64,000 nucleotides of DNA from a virus (lineage: Duplodnaviria; Caudoviricetes), in IMG/VR virus record IMGVR_UViG_3300035505_000178; one strand, written 5' to 3'. The notes beneath the pieces were generated by a model that searched no databases, was not told the origin of the DNA, and saw only the letters and a program-made list of their open reading frames with translations. The translations under genes and the position numbers were made by a program. Shown here in pieces: positions 31,601 through 44,684 of the stretch (position 1 is the first letter of the stretch; each line of letters opens with the position of its first letter).

Positions 31601-33357
31601 GAGAAATCTCCTTTTCTAGAATCCGTGTTTATGAAACTATTTTCTACATTTCTATATAACAACGATACTAATTCAGAACTAATTTCATTAAACTCATTCG
31701 TAGAACCTATTCTACTATTTTCTTTAGAAAAAACAGATCCTGAATTTTCATTTTTATCCAGCGTATATTTATAAAAAGAATATAAAATGTCTATATCCTA
31801 ATTATTTAAATTAGTACGGGAAGTAATTTGATCAATTAAATGATTATCAAATAAATTACGAAATAAATATTCAACTTTCTTAGTAGTATCTACATCAATA
31901 GTACTTATTAATCTCTTAAAAATAGTTTCGATATCCCTTCCACTAAATCCTGTTAATTTATAACGTTCTGTTGAACCGTTATGTTCTTTTTCATTAGGCC
32001 ATTGACCACTAAATTTAAGTTTTCCGTTAAATAAATCATCCTTAAATGTATTCCAAGCATGTAATAAAGATACTAAGGTCATTTGTCTCTAAGATAACTT
32101 ACTTGAATCAGAATAAACTAATACAGGAATTTGTTTTAAAATTTCTTTTACATTAGTATCAGTATGAGAGTCACTACTCTTATTCTCACTTTGTCCAAAT
32201 GTAGAAGTCTGATGTTTTTTATTGTCTTTTATAGTATATTTTGTACCTTCTATATAATAAGGATGAACATTAGCTATAAAATCTTGTTCTAATTTAATAC
32301 CAAGATCACTCAAATCAAGAAGATTATCAAACCTTGTTAATATAGTAAAATCATTAATAACACTCAAAGTTTTAAGATTATCTCCAGGAAATTCAATTTC
32401 ATCAAATATCTAAGATAATTCTTCGGACATTTTTTCAAAGTCCTATATGGCATTTTTTATTTTATAATACTGATTAGAAAAATCAAATGCTTGAAATAAC
32501 TAATCTTTTAAATTGTCATTATAAAGAACTTTTAAATCTTCATCGCTTTTTATAAAATCTAAAACTTTTTTCCAATTTTCAATTTGAGATTTTCTATAAC
32601 TTCCAGATTGATTTGCGTGCCATGCTTCATATAACTTCTTTCTATCAACAGTTTTAAGAAAATCATTAAATATTCTTATAACTTTATAATAACCACTGTC
32701 ATTAAAAATTTTATCGTTATATAACGAAAGAGAATTTAACTGTTTTAATATTTCTTCATTATCTTTATATTGTTCCTTTAAAAAGTTAACAATATTATCA
32801 AATTTTTGAATTTTATAGTCTGTAATTCTCCTGTTCATTTGAGCTACAGATAAATTTAATTTTCGAGAATCATCATAGATTAAAAGTCGATATAAATTTT
32901 TTCTGAAATCGTTTTTTACACTTTCAATAACATTTGTATAAAAGCCATATATATTTCTTGCAATTTCTTTAAATTCAACTTCTTTTTCTCCCTAAACTTC
33001 TTCCTAATCAACAGGACCTTTTTCCTCCATATCGGAGCTTTCTCCGACAAGGTTCATGTCGAAGAAAGCATTCAATATGGCTTTTACTATATTAAGTTTA
33101 TTAGGATTAGTTTGAAATGAAAGAGCTCTATTGTCTAAAAGCTCTTTAAACGATTTAATATCTTCATCGTTTTCAACCTCTGACAAATTAATCTTATTAT
33201 TAGATCCTTTTCTAAATTTTTCTTTAACTTGTGCTACAGCCCAATCAATAGAATTTTCAGAATGATTTGATATTGCGTCATCAATAATTCTAGTAATTTG
33301 ATACTTTGCAATATTAAAATCTTTTTTAGAATAAACTAAATTACACTATTCTTTCAT
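22604..33357 (-). CDS. virion-packaged two-barrel RNA polymerase (protein C, ~3475 aa; exons 33357-26146 and 25819-22604; TAG read through)
   Basis: SRIPAQ motif and catalytic GSDY|DIDK formed on splicing (crAss-type DxDID); DGSAK, KRNV, GIQ motifs; all fragments are in frame within each exon. Confidence 0.9.
25820..26145 (-). ncRNA. group I self-splicing intron, no ORF (326 nt)
   Basis: 5' exon GACTAT pairs with IGS GTAGTC (U.G pair); P GAATTGCGGGAAAC, Q AATCCGCAGC, R TTCACAGACTA, S GATATAGTC; P3 TCTCG/CGAGA; P10 AATATT/GATATT; terminal G; removal reconciles the frame difference between exons. Confidence 0.93.
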
Positions 33358-33363
33358 ATAAAC

Positions 33364-36300
33364 TTAACATTTAAATAATTCTTCTTCTATCTATTTCAAC
33401 TAATCTTTATATTTGTCTTTTAATTCCTCTGAAAGATCCATAAAGACATCAACGAAACCTTTAACTTCTCTTGCTATTTCAATAAAACGTTCCTTATTTT
33501 TAATCTCTATGAATCCAGAATCTTCCAAATCTATACCGTAGTTCTTAGCAAATTCAATAACATCTTCATCTTCAATGATATCAAGATATGCTTTTTTAAA
33601 AATTTCAAATTCTTTATCTTCATTTTTAAATTCTTTTGGAATTATAGAATTATCCTCTTCTTTATCAAAGATTTTAAATTTAATAATTCCATTTCCTAAA
33701 ATATCGGATTTTTCAATTTTTCCTTTAATAGGTTTACCATTTTCTTCTCCTCGAAATTCTATTATTCCTTCATCATAAGAAATATTGGTTATATTTATAT
33801 TATTACCACCTATAAGATTACTTTTAATAGTTCTAATAATTATTTCTTTTTTATTATCATTTATTATTCCATGATTAATAAAATCAAGAGTATATTTCAT
33901 AGGTAAATCTTTCACAAATTGAGTTAAAAGCTCTTCAAAAGATGTTTGACTATTTTCCCTTTTTCCAGCATCTACTTCATCTATAAAATCACTAATAACC
34001 TCCTTAATTTCATTTGAAGAAATTTCTACATTAAATAATTTTTTAAATTCATCCTCAGTTAAATCTATTAGATTATCTAAAAAAGTATCATTTGAATGTA
34101 TTTGTTCTTCTTTAGGTTTGTTAGATTCTTCTGGATTAAAGTATTTTTTCTTAATATTTCCAATATTTACTAATATTCCTCCTGGAACTACGTCTACGTC
34201 AACATCAAAGAAAGCTGGATTTGTACCACATTTCAAAAGAATATAATCTTTTTTCTCAGTACCACCGTAATTCAAAACGTCATAATTTGAAGAATGCTCT
34301 AAATAAGGATCTATATAAATTCCATATTTAAAAGGAGCATCTTCTGTATATGCATGACTTTTGTGAATATTTTCATTAGTTCCGTGGAATATAAAATTAA
34401 ACATTGTAAACAATGTATTATCTCCAGAAGAAGTATGTGTTAACATATCATCAGCAAATAATTCAGAAATATCTGCTTGATAAATTCCTTCTTTATTATC
34501 CCCTTGAGTTCTAATATTAATTAATCCACTACTTCCTTCTTCTTTTTTAGAATATTCTTTAGCTTTATAAGTAACTAAACTAATAGCTTTTGGTAAATAA
34601 CTAAATAAAGAATTGCATATTACTTCAATAGGTTCACCTCCCTAAGGATCGGGTTCCTAAAGAATAAGATACTTAATTTTATTATTAGTTTTAAGTTTAA
34701 TCTATCCAGTAAGATTTCTGTTTTCTTTATTTATAAATTCGTCTTTAGGATATTCTGTTCCATCACTGCGAACTAAAGTTAATTCCATAGACCTAGCAAT
34801 ACTTTCAGCTTCATCAGAATTTTTCTAACCTATTAAGCTAAAGACTTTATCTAATAACTTTAAATATTTATTGGCAGTTTCTGGATTAAGAGTTAATAAA
34901 TTGACTGAATCTTTATTTTTATAATATCCATCAGGACTTACTTTGAAATTTCTAACATAGCCTCCGATTTGTGATCCTGTTAAATCAAATCCTAGTCTAA
35001 ATATAGGAATATTTTTTAATGTTTCCTAATTAAATTCATTTAACTTCTATAAATCTTCATCTGCGTTATAATCTCCGTAATAAATTGATTTAAGTTCTTC
35101 ATCAGATTTATTCTCGAAGTTTACTTTTCCAGGATATTTTTGTTCAATTTCATCTTTGTGATGTTCTACATAAAGTTTAGATTCTAATTTTAATAATTTG
35201 TCTAATCTTTCATCATCCCATCCATTCTATTTTTTAAATTCAGATAATTCATTATTGAATTTGATCAATCCTGCTCTGAAGTTCCACATTGCGTTGAACA
35301 TTCGTACTCCTAATACATCCATTCTCCAAGGTTTCTTTATCTTTCCTTTGGCACCAGAATTAAAATGTTCAAGTCTTTGATATACAAGATCAGAAAAACT
35401 TAATCCTTTATTATCAAGAACTATACATCTAACTTCAGGATTGTTGTTTTCTGGATCCTTTTTCTATTCAATATATCTGTCAATTAATTCATTTTTAGGA
35501 ATTGATTTATTAGATGAAACAAATATTACAGCTTTTCCAAGTATTTCATTTGGAAATAATCTTCCTTCTGACTTATTTTTATCATTTATAATATAGACAT
35601 CAGATATTACTTCTGAACTGTTTTTATCTAAGAACGTATTATTGTCTTCTTTATAATTTCCCGATTCGTCTACGTCATAACTATCAACAGTTTCAACACT
35701 AACTCTTCCACCTAAACGTCTAGCTTTTTTTCTTTTTACAAGTCTTGTTGTTTTATGAGATTTATAATCGTCTTCATCAAGATCAATTCTAAATCCATCT
35801 TCCTAACCATTTAATAAAGTTTCAACAAAACTTTTATACTATTTTATAGATTCATCAAAATTATCACGAAAAGTTTGTAATCTTTTTCGTTCTTCAGAAT
35901 CTGGAGATTTCTTCCTAATTATTTTATCAAGATTATCTAATATAGCCTGACGTTTTTCTGTTTTGCTTACTTCATTAAAATCAGTTAATAAACTAATATC
36001 AAACAAAGCAGTAAAAGTTTCTCCTGCTATTTCAAGATTATCGACTTGATAAACTAAAGAAATTACGTATTTAGTTCCGTTAATATCTATAAAAGTAGGA
36101 TCTAAATCAACATTAATTCCAAAATAATCAGAAGATGTTGCTTTTCTTACTTCAAGTTGTAATTTTCCTTGTTTGAACTTTTTTCCAAAATTTGCATCTC
36201 CCCAATATATATCAGTGTTTGATAAACTACCATTATTAAACACAACTGCACGTTGTATAGCTTCGATTTTACGTTGAAGTTCAATCTTACTGTTATAACT

Positions 36301-39300
36301 TTTAAGAACTCTGTCGTCTCCGTCTGTTTCAATCATTTTATCAGAAATGGTTAAAACAAGAGCTTCTCCATTTCTTTTTATTTTATTTTTAGTTTTAGGA
36401 ATAATCCATTCCTTTCTCGTTACTCCTTTATCGTCTACATATTCTCTTGACTCCAATCCTATTATAGGTCTAGTAGTATTTGCTTCTACACATAATTCTC
36501 CTTCTTCTGTTACATTGTAAGTAGGAGGAGTAGGATTAAATTCGTTAAGATTTCTAACAACTTCTTTCTTTTCTGACTTTATTCTTGCATCAAACTATTC
36601 CTCTGTTCCTTCCATATTTGCAAGAGGATCATTAGAATTTTCATCAACCTAAGGAATTTCAAAGTCGTCATCTTCTTCTGGTTCAGAAGAAGTTTCTTCT
36701 TCATTTGTTTCAGACTCTTCCTCGTTTGAAGCTTCTGCAGCTTCTTCTTCCTCATTTGAAGTTTGTTCTTCATTGGTTGTTTGTTCAGAAACTGCTTGTT
36801 GTGTATTCTAAAAATAATGATCTAAAAATTCTATTTTATCAATTTGTTGCAAGAACTAATTTCTATAATCAGAAACCTAATCCTAAATATTAAATCCTTT
36901 TGATTTTAAATCTTCTATTTGATTTTCTCCAAAAACTTTAGTTAAATCGTCTAAGAATATAGATGCAACCTTAGCACGACTCATTAAAGTATAATATTTT
37001 TTAAGAGATAATAATCCAGCATAATCTCCTTTTATTTCAAGTGCAGGATTTTCAAGATTATCAACTATTACATAATCATATTCTTGTCCTTGTACAAAAG
37101 ACTTACCAGGAGTTCTTTCTGCAGATAACACTTCTACATTAGGAAATAAAGCTTTTACTTTTTTAAAGTTTTCTGATTCAGAACTTCCAATAAAACAGAT
37201 GTATCCTTTTTTATCATCAGAAGGCTTAGGTATTTTCTTTAATACATCATCAAGATTAGCATTAATCAAATCTCCGTTTATATCATCCTCACCAACGTAG
37301 GCTCTAAATTTTAAATTTTTAGCTAACTACGGTAATTTCTGTAATGCTTCTCTTCCTTGCTCGAAAGTTCCAATATTAATAATTTCATCTACAGAATCAA
37401 TTAAATTTTCAAAATTGCTGTTATTTTCTTGTTTCTGTATGTTACTAGAACGTAAAGATTCAGTTAATTTAAAAACTCTAGTACAAAAAATAGAAGAAGG
37501 CTCTAAATTTTCTATACGATCTTTAAAATATCCCGATTGAATATTATCACTTGCTAAGAAAGCGGTTGCACTTCTTCCAGATTTCTTTTCTACAAAATCA
37601 CAGAAAGAATTTAAAGTTGCTATTTCAAAAGCACTTAAATGAGCAGCTTCATCAACAAATATAAGATTTCTATCCTTAAAATTTTCACTAAATTTAAACT
37701 TCTAAGGTTTTAATTTAATAGATACCCCTGTTCCTTGTTCTGAATTATTATGATAACTTATAGTAAAGAATTTATTATCTATAGACTTTCCATCAGTTAA
37801 ATCTCTAGATAATTCTTTAGAAGCACTTTCAAACTCACTTGAAATTTCATTCCAATTTTCTACAATTAAACTAAATACATTTGTAGCAGGATCTATATTA
37901 TAAGATTCTGATTCACCTAAAGCATTCTATAGTTTATCAGCGGTTGCTTTAGTAGGAGCAATGATTAAAGCTTTATTCTAATCATCAACAAATCTATCGT
38001 GAATTTGTTTTAACTAAACGTCAGTTTTACCAGCTCCTCCTACTCCGTTTAAGTGAACTATATTAGGAGTAATAGTTCTATCAGGATCTATATATTTTAC
38101 AAGTGCTTTAAATCCAGCTTTATATTCTTTTGAATGTGCTGCCTCAGCTATTCTTATTCCATCTAATTGTACAGTTAAAGGAACAATATTTTCATTATTA
38201 TTTGCAAAACTTTTAATAGATTTATAAAACTCATTAGGATCGTCTGACATTATTGCTAAAAGATGTACTATTCTTTCATAATCCGACATCTCTTGAATAC
38301 TTTCATTAAGTCTGGTTGTTTTCTAATCCTTAATGCTCTTCTTGTCTTTTATTACTTGTTCCCAAAACTTAGTTTTTTCGAAGAATTTATCATACGACCA
38401 TCCTTGCTCTTTTAATAAAGAATGAAATTTATTATATATTTTGTGTGATATTTTATATAATTGACTTAATGAATTATTTTCATCAAATTCAGATAATTCA
38501 TCTTTCAAGTTAAATTCTTTCTCTTCTCCAGATGCTGTTACATATTTAAATTGAAGATCAGATACTATTTGATGAATAATTTTATTTAACGCAATTTCAG
38601 TATTAGACAATCGTTTTAATTTATTCATCTAATTATTAGCTGAAATAATTTTCCATATTTCAACTTCATCGTTAAGATTATTTAATTCCTAATTTAAAGA
38701 TACCTGATAGTCAAGACTTAATTCTGGAAGTTCTTCCCAAGGCTTTATAAGCTGTGAAGAATGATTTCTAGCAAATTCATTTATTTGCTTATTTTGTCCA
38801 AAATAATTACTTGCAGAAGCTTCAGTAGAAGCAGCATAAGTGTATCCGTTAATTGTGGATAATACAGTCTAGATTTTATTTAATAATTTCTGTTGAGTGT
38901 CATTTAATTTAAATGAATCTATAGAATCAGCATTAACATATCCTTCATAAACTTGATTTAATAATTTATTAATTTCTAAAGGAGTATCTGTAATATTGTT
39001 GGCTACTTTATCAAATAATTCTTCAAGAGGACTCTTTACTTCAGATTTTACTCTATTTAATGTATCATATATAGGATTAGATTTAATTCTATTAACTAAT
39101 ACCTATAATCCTTGATTTAAAGCATTAATCTATTTTTTTACTGTTTCTCCTATTGCCTTCTCGTCAAGTTCCTAATCTAATAATATTCTAATATCGTTAT
39201 CTTTAGCAACTATACTATTAGGATTAGCTAATATTGATACGAGTGCTTCAACATATCCTGAGTTATTAAATTTTGCAAAACTTTTACTTAATTCACTATC

Positions 39301-42300
39301 TGGATTATTTAAGTCATCAATAACTTCCTATATTGTTTTTCCTCCTTCTAAAGACTCAGATATAACTCTTTTAAATAAATTATATGGATTTTCAGATCTT
39401 GTTAAAGCTTCAGGAACATAAGCATTAGCAAAGTCCCAAAGTTTTTGTTCAGCTTCTTTTAATTCCTAAGATTCATCAGGAGCAGAAAGAAATTTATTTC
39501 TAAGATCCTAAAGTTCATTTAATAAAGCTTCCTTATTTTCTAAATTAGATTGATTTATAGCTGATTTTATTCTTTGTACAGAAATATCGTCAGGTGTAAT
39601 CTAATACTCTACACTAGGTAATTGAGTTTTTATTAAATCAATTATAAAATTAGATTGTTTATTAACTTCTTTTAATTTCTTTTCTCTCAATTCCTTTTCA
39701 ACCTAATCAGTATTATCTAATTTACTATTTAACTTTTTTAATTCGTCTTTATATTTACTGAAATCAATATCCCCTCCGTTTACATTGATAGGACGACTCA
39801 TTTCTATAGATACAATATCCTTTATTCTGAGTTGAATAAGCTATTGTAATTTTCTATTTTCAGAGGCAGTTAATTTCCAATCAACTTTATCTAATGCAGC
39901 GTTTACCTAATTAATGTAATTTTTATAGATTTGATCATTATAATCATTAATTCTTTGACTTCTATTGAGGATTCTATTCTTAAAATCATCATCAGATTCT
40001 CCTTCCTTTTGATTTTTTCGATTGCCATAATCCTCATCGGATTCTTCTTCTAATCTACTATCAAAATTTAATAAAGGATTTTCTTCTAAATATTTACCAA
40101 TATCGTCGAGTTTATAAAGATCCTGCACTTCTCTTTGATTAGCAGGGTTGTAATTTTGTTGCATCTGACTTATTACAGGAGATAATATCTTTTCTAATCT
40201 TAAATATTCATCGAAAGATTCATCTAAATGTAACATCATTTGATTACGAACATGTTCTCCCCATTTTTTATTTAATTCAAGAAATTCTGAAGTTGTTAAT
40301 TTTTTTGAAGGGTCAATTTGTTTTCTAAACCAGTCTTGATAATTTAAATCCATGAAAGCTGAATTTAACACTGGATCCAAAGCAAATGCTAATTTTCTAG
40401 TATAATATAACGAATTATCACCAGAAAGAAAATTATTAATTTGTTGTTTTGTCTAATTTAACTAATCTTGTAATTTCTTTATATTTTCTTCTTTAATCGG
40501 AAGTTCATCACTTTTCTAGTCAGACTGTTTACCTCCTACTGTTCCATCAATAGTTTTAGAAGCTTTTGTTAAATTATCATAATCTGTAATAACTTTATCA
40601 CGAAGTTTTTTAAATTCTTCATAATATCCAGTTATATGAGATGCGTTTTTATAATCTAAATATCTGGCTTCTTTTAAAACTAAATTGTCAAAGAGCTAAT
40701 CTTCAGTTAGATTTAAATTGTTTCCTACTATTACTGATTCTAATTGATTTATTCTTTCTAATACTTTATCAGCAATAATATCATTTTGAGAATTTGCCTT
40801 ATTAGTTGCAGTTAAATATGTAATGTTTCCGTTTTCATCATAAATAGGAGTTGTTCCATCTAGTTTTGTACTTGCAATTTTTCCTTTATTTTTATCTTCT
40901 AAAACTATATTTCTCAACATATCAGCATGTCCATCTGCAATAAGATCTATCATTTCTCTATCAGTTCTAGTTTTAGGAACATTTCCTTGTATTGCCTCTT
41001 TAGCATAAAACAATCCACCTCCTAAGAAACCACCTAAAAGAGACATTGTATAACGATCAAAAGCTCCTTCTGTATCAATAGGATTTTCTACACTAGGAGT
41101 GTATAATCCCATATCACCAAGTATAGAATAAATAGCTTTAGTAGAATCAGTTACTACTTCTTCAGCTACCTCTTCAATACCTTCACCTAATGCTTTACCT
41201 AATCCATTTAATGAATGATTTTTTAAATCATCAACAAATTTAGTTGATACTTTCTTTCCTAAATCTGCTCCCCATTTAAACCAAGATAAAGGATTCTTTT
41301 TAGTTTTTTCTCCTAAATCTCCAACTATATTTTCTACAGCATTTTGATATTCTTTCTTCATGAGTTGTCTACCTTCCTTAATAGACCCTGGAGTTAACTC
41401 ATCAAAAAATACCTCTCCTAAATGTGCATATTTATCAACTCCAAACATTCCAATAGTACTGCCTAAAGCTACCCAAGCTGCTTCTTTTTTAGTAGCTCCT
41501 TTCTATAACATATCTTCATATACATCAGTATTTGAAATTAATGACATATACAATAAAGAAGCGTCTGCTCCTAATTGTTGTTTCTTTTGAAATGTTTTTA
41601 AAGCAGGTTCATAATATTTTTGTAATGCAGCACGACCGAGTACAGTTCCTTTCCAAGCATCCTCTGTTGCCCCAATAGTAGTACCAAGTTCTGCAAGTTT
41701 TGGGTCAGCCATCTTTAAATCATATAAAGCTTTTGCTTGTTTTTCAGCTTTAATTAAATTGCTATTATCTGTAAATTTAGATACAGCCTAAGCAATCTAT
41801 TTTTGCTATCCCCATTGTAAAGCAACATCTGTCATTAAGTTAGCAATATTCTCAAAACAGAAAGGTTTTTGCTGAGCATATTGAGATGTTGTTGTAGATA
41901 ATTGTTTTCCTTTTGCAGCTAAAGTTTCCATCCATTTAGGAGACTCATGATTTCCCTCTCCTAAAAGATTAGTACTTATATCATATAACATAGGAAGAGT
42001 TTTAACTATTTCCTTTGCTACTATAGCACTATAATAAATAGGAGCTACTGGTGTAAACATAGGTGCAATTAGTGCAATACTTTTAGCAACTACTCCAGCA
42101 GGACTCTTGTCTAAATCATCAGAATCAAAGAAATCTATTTTATTTAAAGGAGAATCTTCAGAAGTTAATAAGTTAGCTGCAGACAATACTGTTTTTCCAG
42201 TAGCTGACCTTCCATTTAATTTCTCGTAATAATATGTTCCAAACTCATTATATTTATATTCTCCTTTTGAATGTTTTCTTCCATATTCATCAACTTCGTC

Positions 42301-42846
42301 TTTATCATATGTCGCAAGTACTAACGGGTCTTTAAATAAATCACCTACCCATTTTACAGGATTTGAAAATAACGCTCTATCATTTGGAGTGTCATCTATA
42401 AATTCTCCTGTCTCTGGATCATATATTTGTTGACTCTATGCAATTTCTTCTTGGGATTTAGTTGGAGCACTTATAGTTCTCCAACCTTCTACTCCCATCT
42501 TAACTCTATCTGGATTTTGATTTAATCCTATAGAAAAATAATTATCTTTAGTTCTTGATTTTCTAGCAGCAGTATCAAACGGATCTAATTTAAGTCCTTT
42601 TGGAAACTCGTTGCTTTGAAAACTATTCCACCTTTGTAACTATGCATTATAAAATGCATCAAATTTATCTTCGGAAAATTCTCCGTTTTTATCTTTAAAT
42701 GCGTCATTCTGTTTTATAAAGTTAGACTTTAAATAGTCTTCTTTACTCAACATCTAAGTGTTATCTGTTGTTAATCCACCTACACCTGTTAAATCTTCAA
42801 CATCTAAATTAGGATTATTTAAACTTGCTACTATCCAATCGTTCAT
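33364..42846 (-). CDS. giant virion cargo protein D (~3160 aa, TAG read through) with an SF1 helicase domain and hydrophobic N-terminal region
   Basis: Nine fragments in frame from MNDWIV to ...LFKC-TAA; Walker A GVGGAGKT (38023-38046), FVDEA, LTESLRS, VQGQEYDYV, YTLMSRAK. Confidence 0.87.
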
Positions 42847-42848
42847 AT

Positions 42849-44684
42849 TTAATTATTTAATAATGAAGCATCTCCTGAATTATATTCTATAGAAGATTGC
42901 TAATATTCCTATTCTAAGTCTTGACCTTCTCTTATTGATAAATTCTGTCCACCACCTAAAGCAGCAGCCTATTTATTCATATTAAGAGGTATATATATAT
43001 TTCCTTTTATTATATGATCATATTTGTTTCCAAGCCATCCAAATAATGTTTCTGTCCAATCATCAACATCAACATCAGGAGTAACTTTATTTTTACCTGT
43101 TCCTGTAGATAAACTCTCTCTAAGTTCTGCAACTAAATCTGGAGTTTGACCTTTGTCAACAACTAATTTATTATTTTTATCAATACTTACTAAAGCATCA
43201 GTAGTCATACCAGATGCAACAATAAATGGAGCAAATCGTTTTAAATTCTAAGTTCCATCTGGATTAAATAGATAATTTAATTTTGGGTTACTTCCGAATA
43301 TTTCTTTTCTGTCTTCTTCAGTTCCATCTGAAGTCATAAATTGTGCATATGCTCTACTATATTCATCCAATATATCAAAGTCAGGAGATCCATCTTCTTT
43401 AATTGGAAGATTTACTCTATATACTCCATTTCCATCATAAGTAATCTTTGTTAACATATCTGGAGAAATTTTCTAGTTTCCAAAATATAACTAATTGTCC
43501 ATATTAGAAATAGATCTTAATCCAGAATCGTTAATCATATTATCCATAGAAGTTTTACCAATGTGCTTACCATTTGTATCCTTTATTTGTTCATAAGCAG
43601 TTCCTTCCATTGTCATAGCTATTCCATTTCCGTTATCTAAAGTAATTACAGAATCGTGACCTCCTTCTCCAGATTGTACTGCTGTAACTAAATCAAGAAC
43701 TCGTTTATCTTTATTTTCATCCGAAGTTTTCTTATCTTTAATTGGGTTGTGAAGAGACAATGAGAATGATTCTTCAGTATCCAAAGTAGAACTAACAAGC
43801 ATTCCAATTAAATCATATACTTCTTTTTTAGTTCCTTCTTTAGTTTTAGTTTGAAGTAAAGTTTTAGCATTTTCTGGTAAAGTTGCATAGATATAAGCTA
43901 ATGCTTGTTCAGCTTGTTTTGCCTAAGATTTAGTTAAGTATTTACCTTTATACAAATTGTCAACGTCTGCTTTATAATCTCCAGCTTTTTGCTATGCTTC
44001 CATAAACGCTTGTAAACCATTTATAATCTAAGTACTTTTAGTATTAGCATATCCTTCATTTGATTGAGTACTTGTACCTATGTGGCTAATAATTGATTGA
44101 ATCTATTCGTTTATCTTACTTATTCCAATTCCATTTTTGACAGTTTTTATAATGCCTCCTGGATCCATTGCTGCAGTAGGACTATATGCTCTTATTCTTA
44201 ACAATTCAGAATTTGTTAAAGGTTGATAACCTTTAGCTTTTTTTAACTAATCTAAAGTTAACAACTAATAATCTCCTTCACTATTAACACAATATAACTA
44301 TCCTCTGTCATTAACAGCAAGTTCATTTATTCCTCCATTTGCACTAACTGTTTTATAAGCATCTTCATATTCTTGTCTATTAAATTTAGCTTTTGCTATT
44401 GCCCCACTAGTTTGTAGATATTGACTAGCTATACTTGATGTATTAAACCCATATTCAGAATTAATTCTGAAATTTTGTAAATCTCTAGTTATTTTATCAA
44501 TATCATTAGGAAGACCATCTACTTTTTCTAACAATTTTATAATATCATCGTCAGATAATCCTTTCTTTGTTGATTCTGTACTTGTTGTAGCAGAAGTTCC
44601 AGTTGCTCCTCCTGTAACAATAACTGGTTCATATGAAACAAAGGGAGGAAGAGCACTTCCTCCCTAATCAAATTTATATATCAT
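42849..44684 (-). CDS. putative internal virion protein E (~611 aa, TAG read through)
   Basis: Four fragments in frame; starts MIYKFDQGG; ATGA overlap with the upstream gene. Confidence 0.8.

Noticed and set aside
33400-34446. Long TAG-free stretches as recently imported standard-code modules (also 54937..56091, 61008..61970)
   Set aside because: Few Gln codons in most of them, so chance is a sufficient explanation without a formal test
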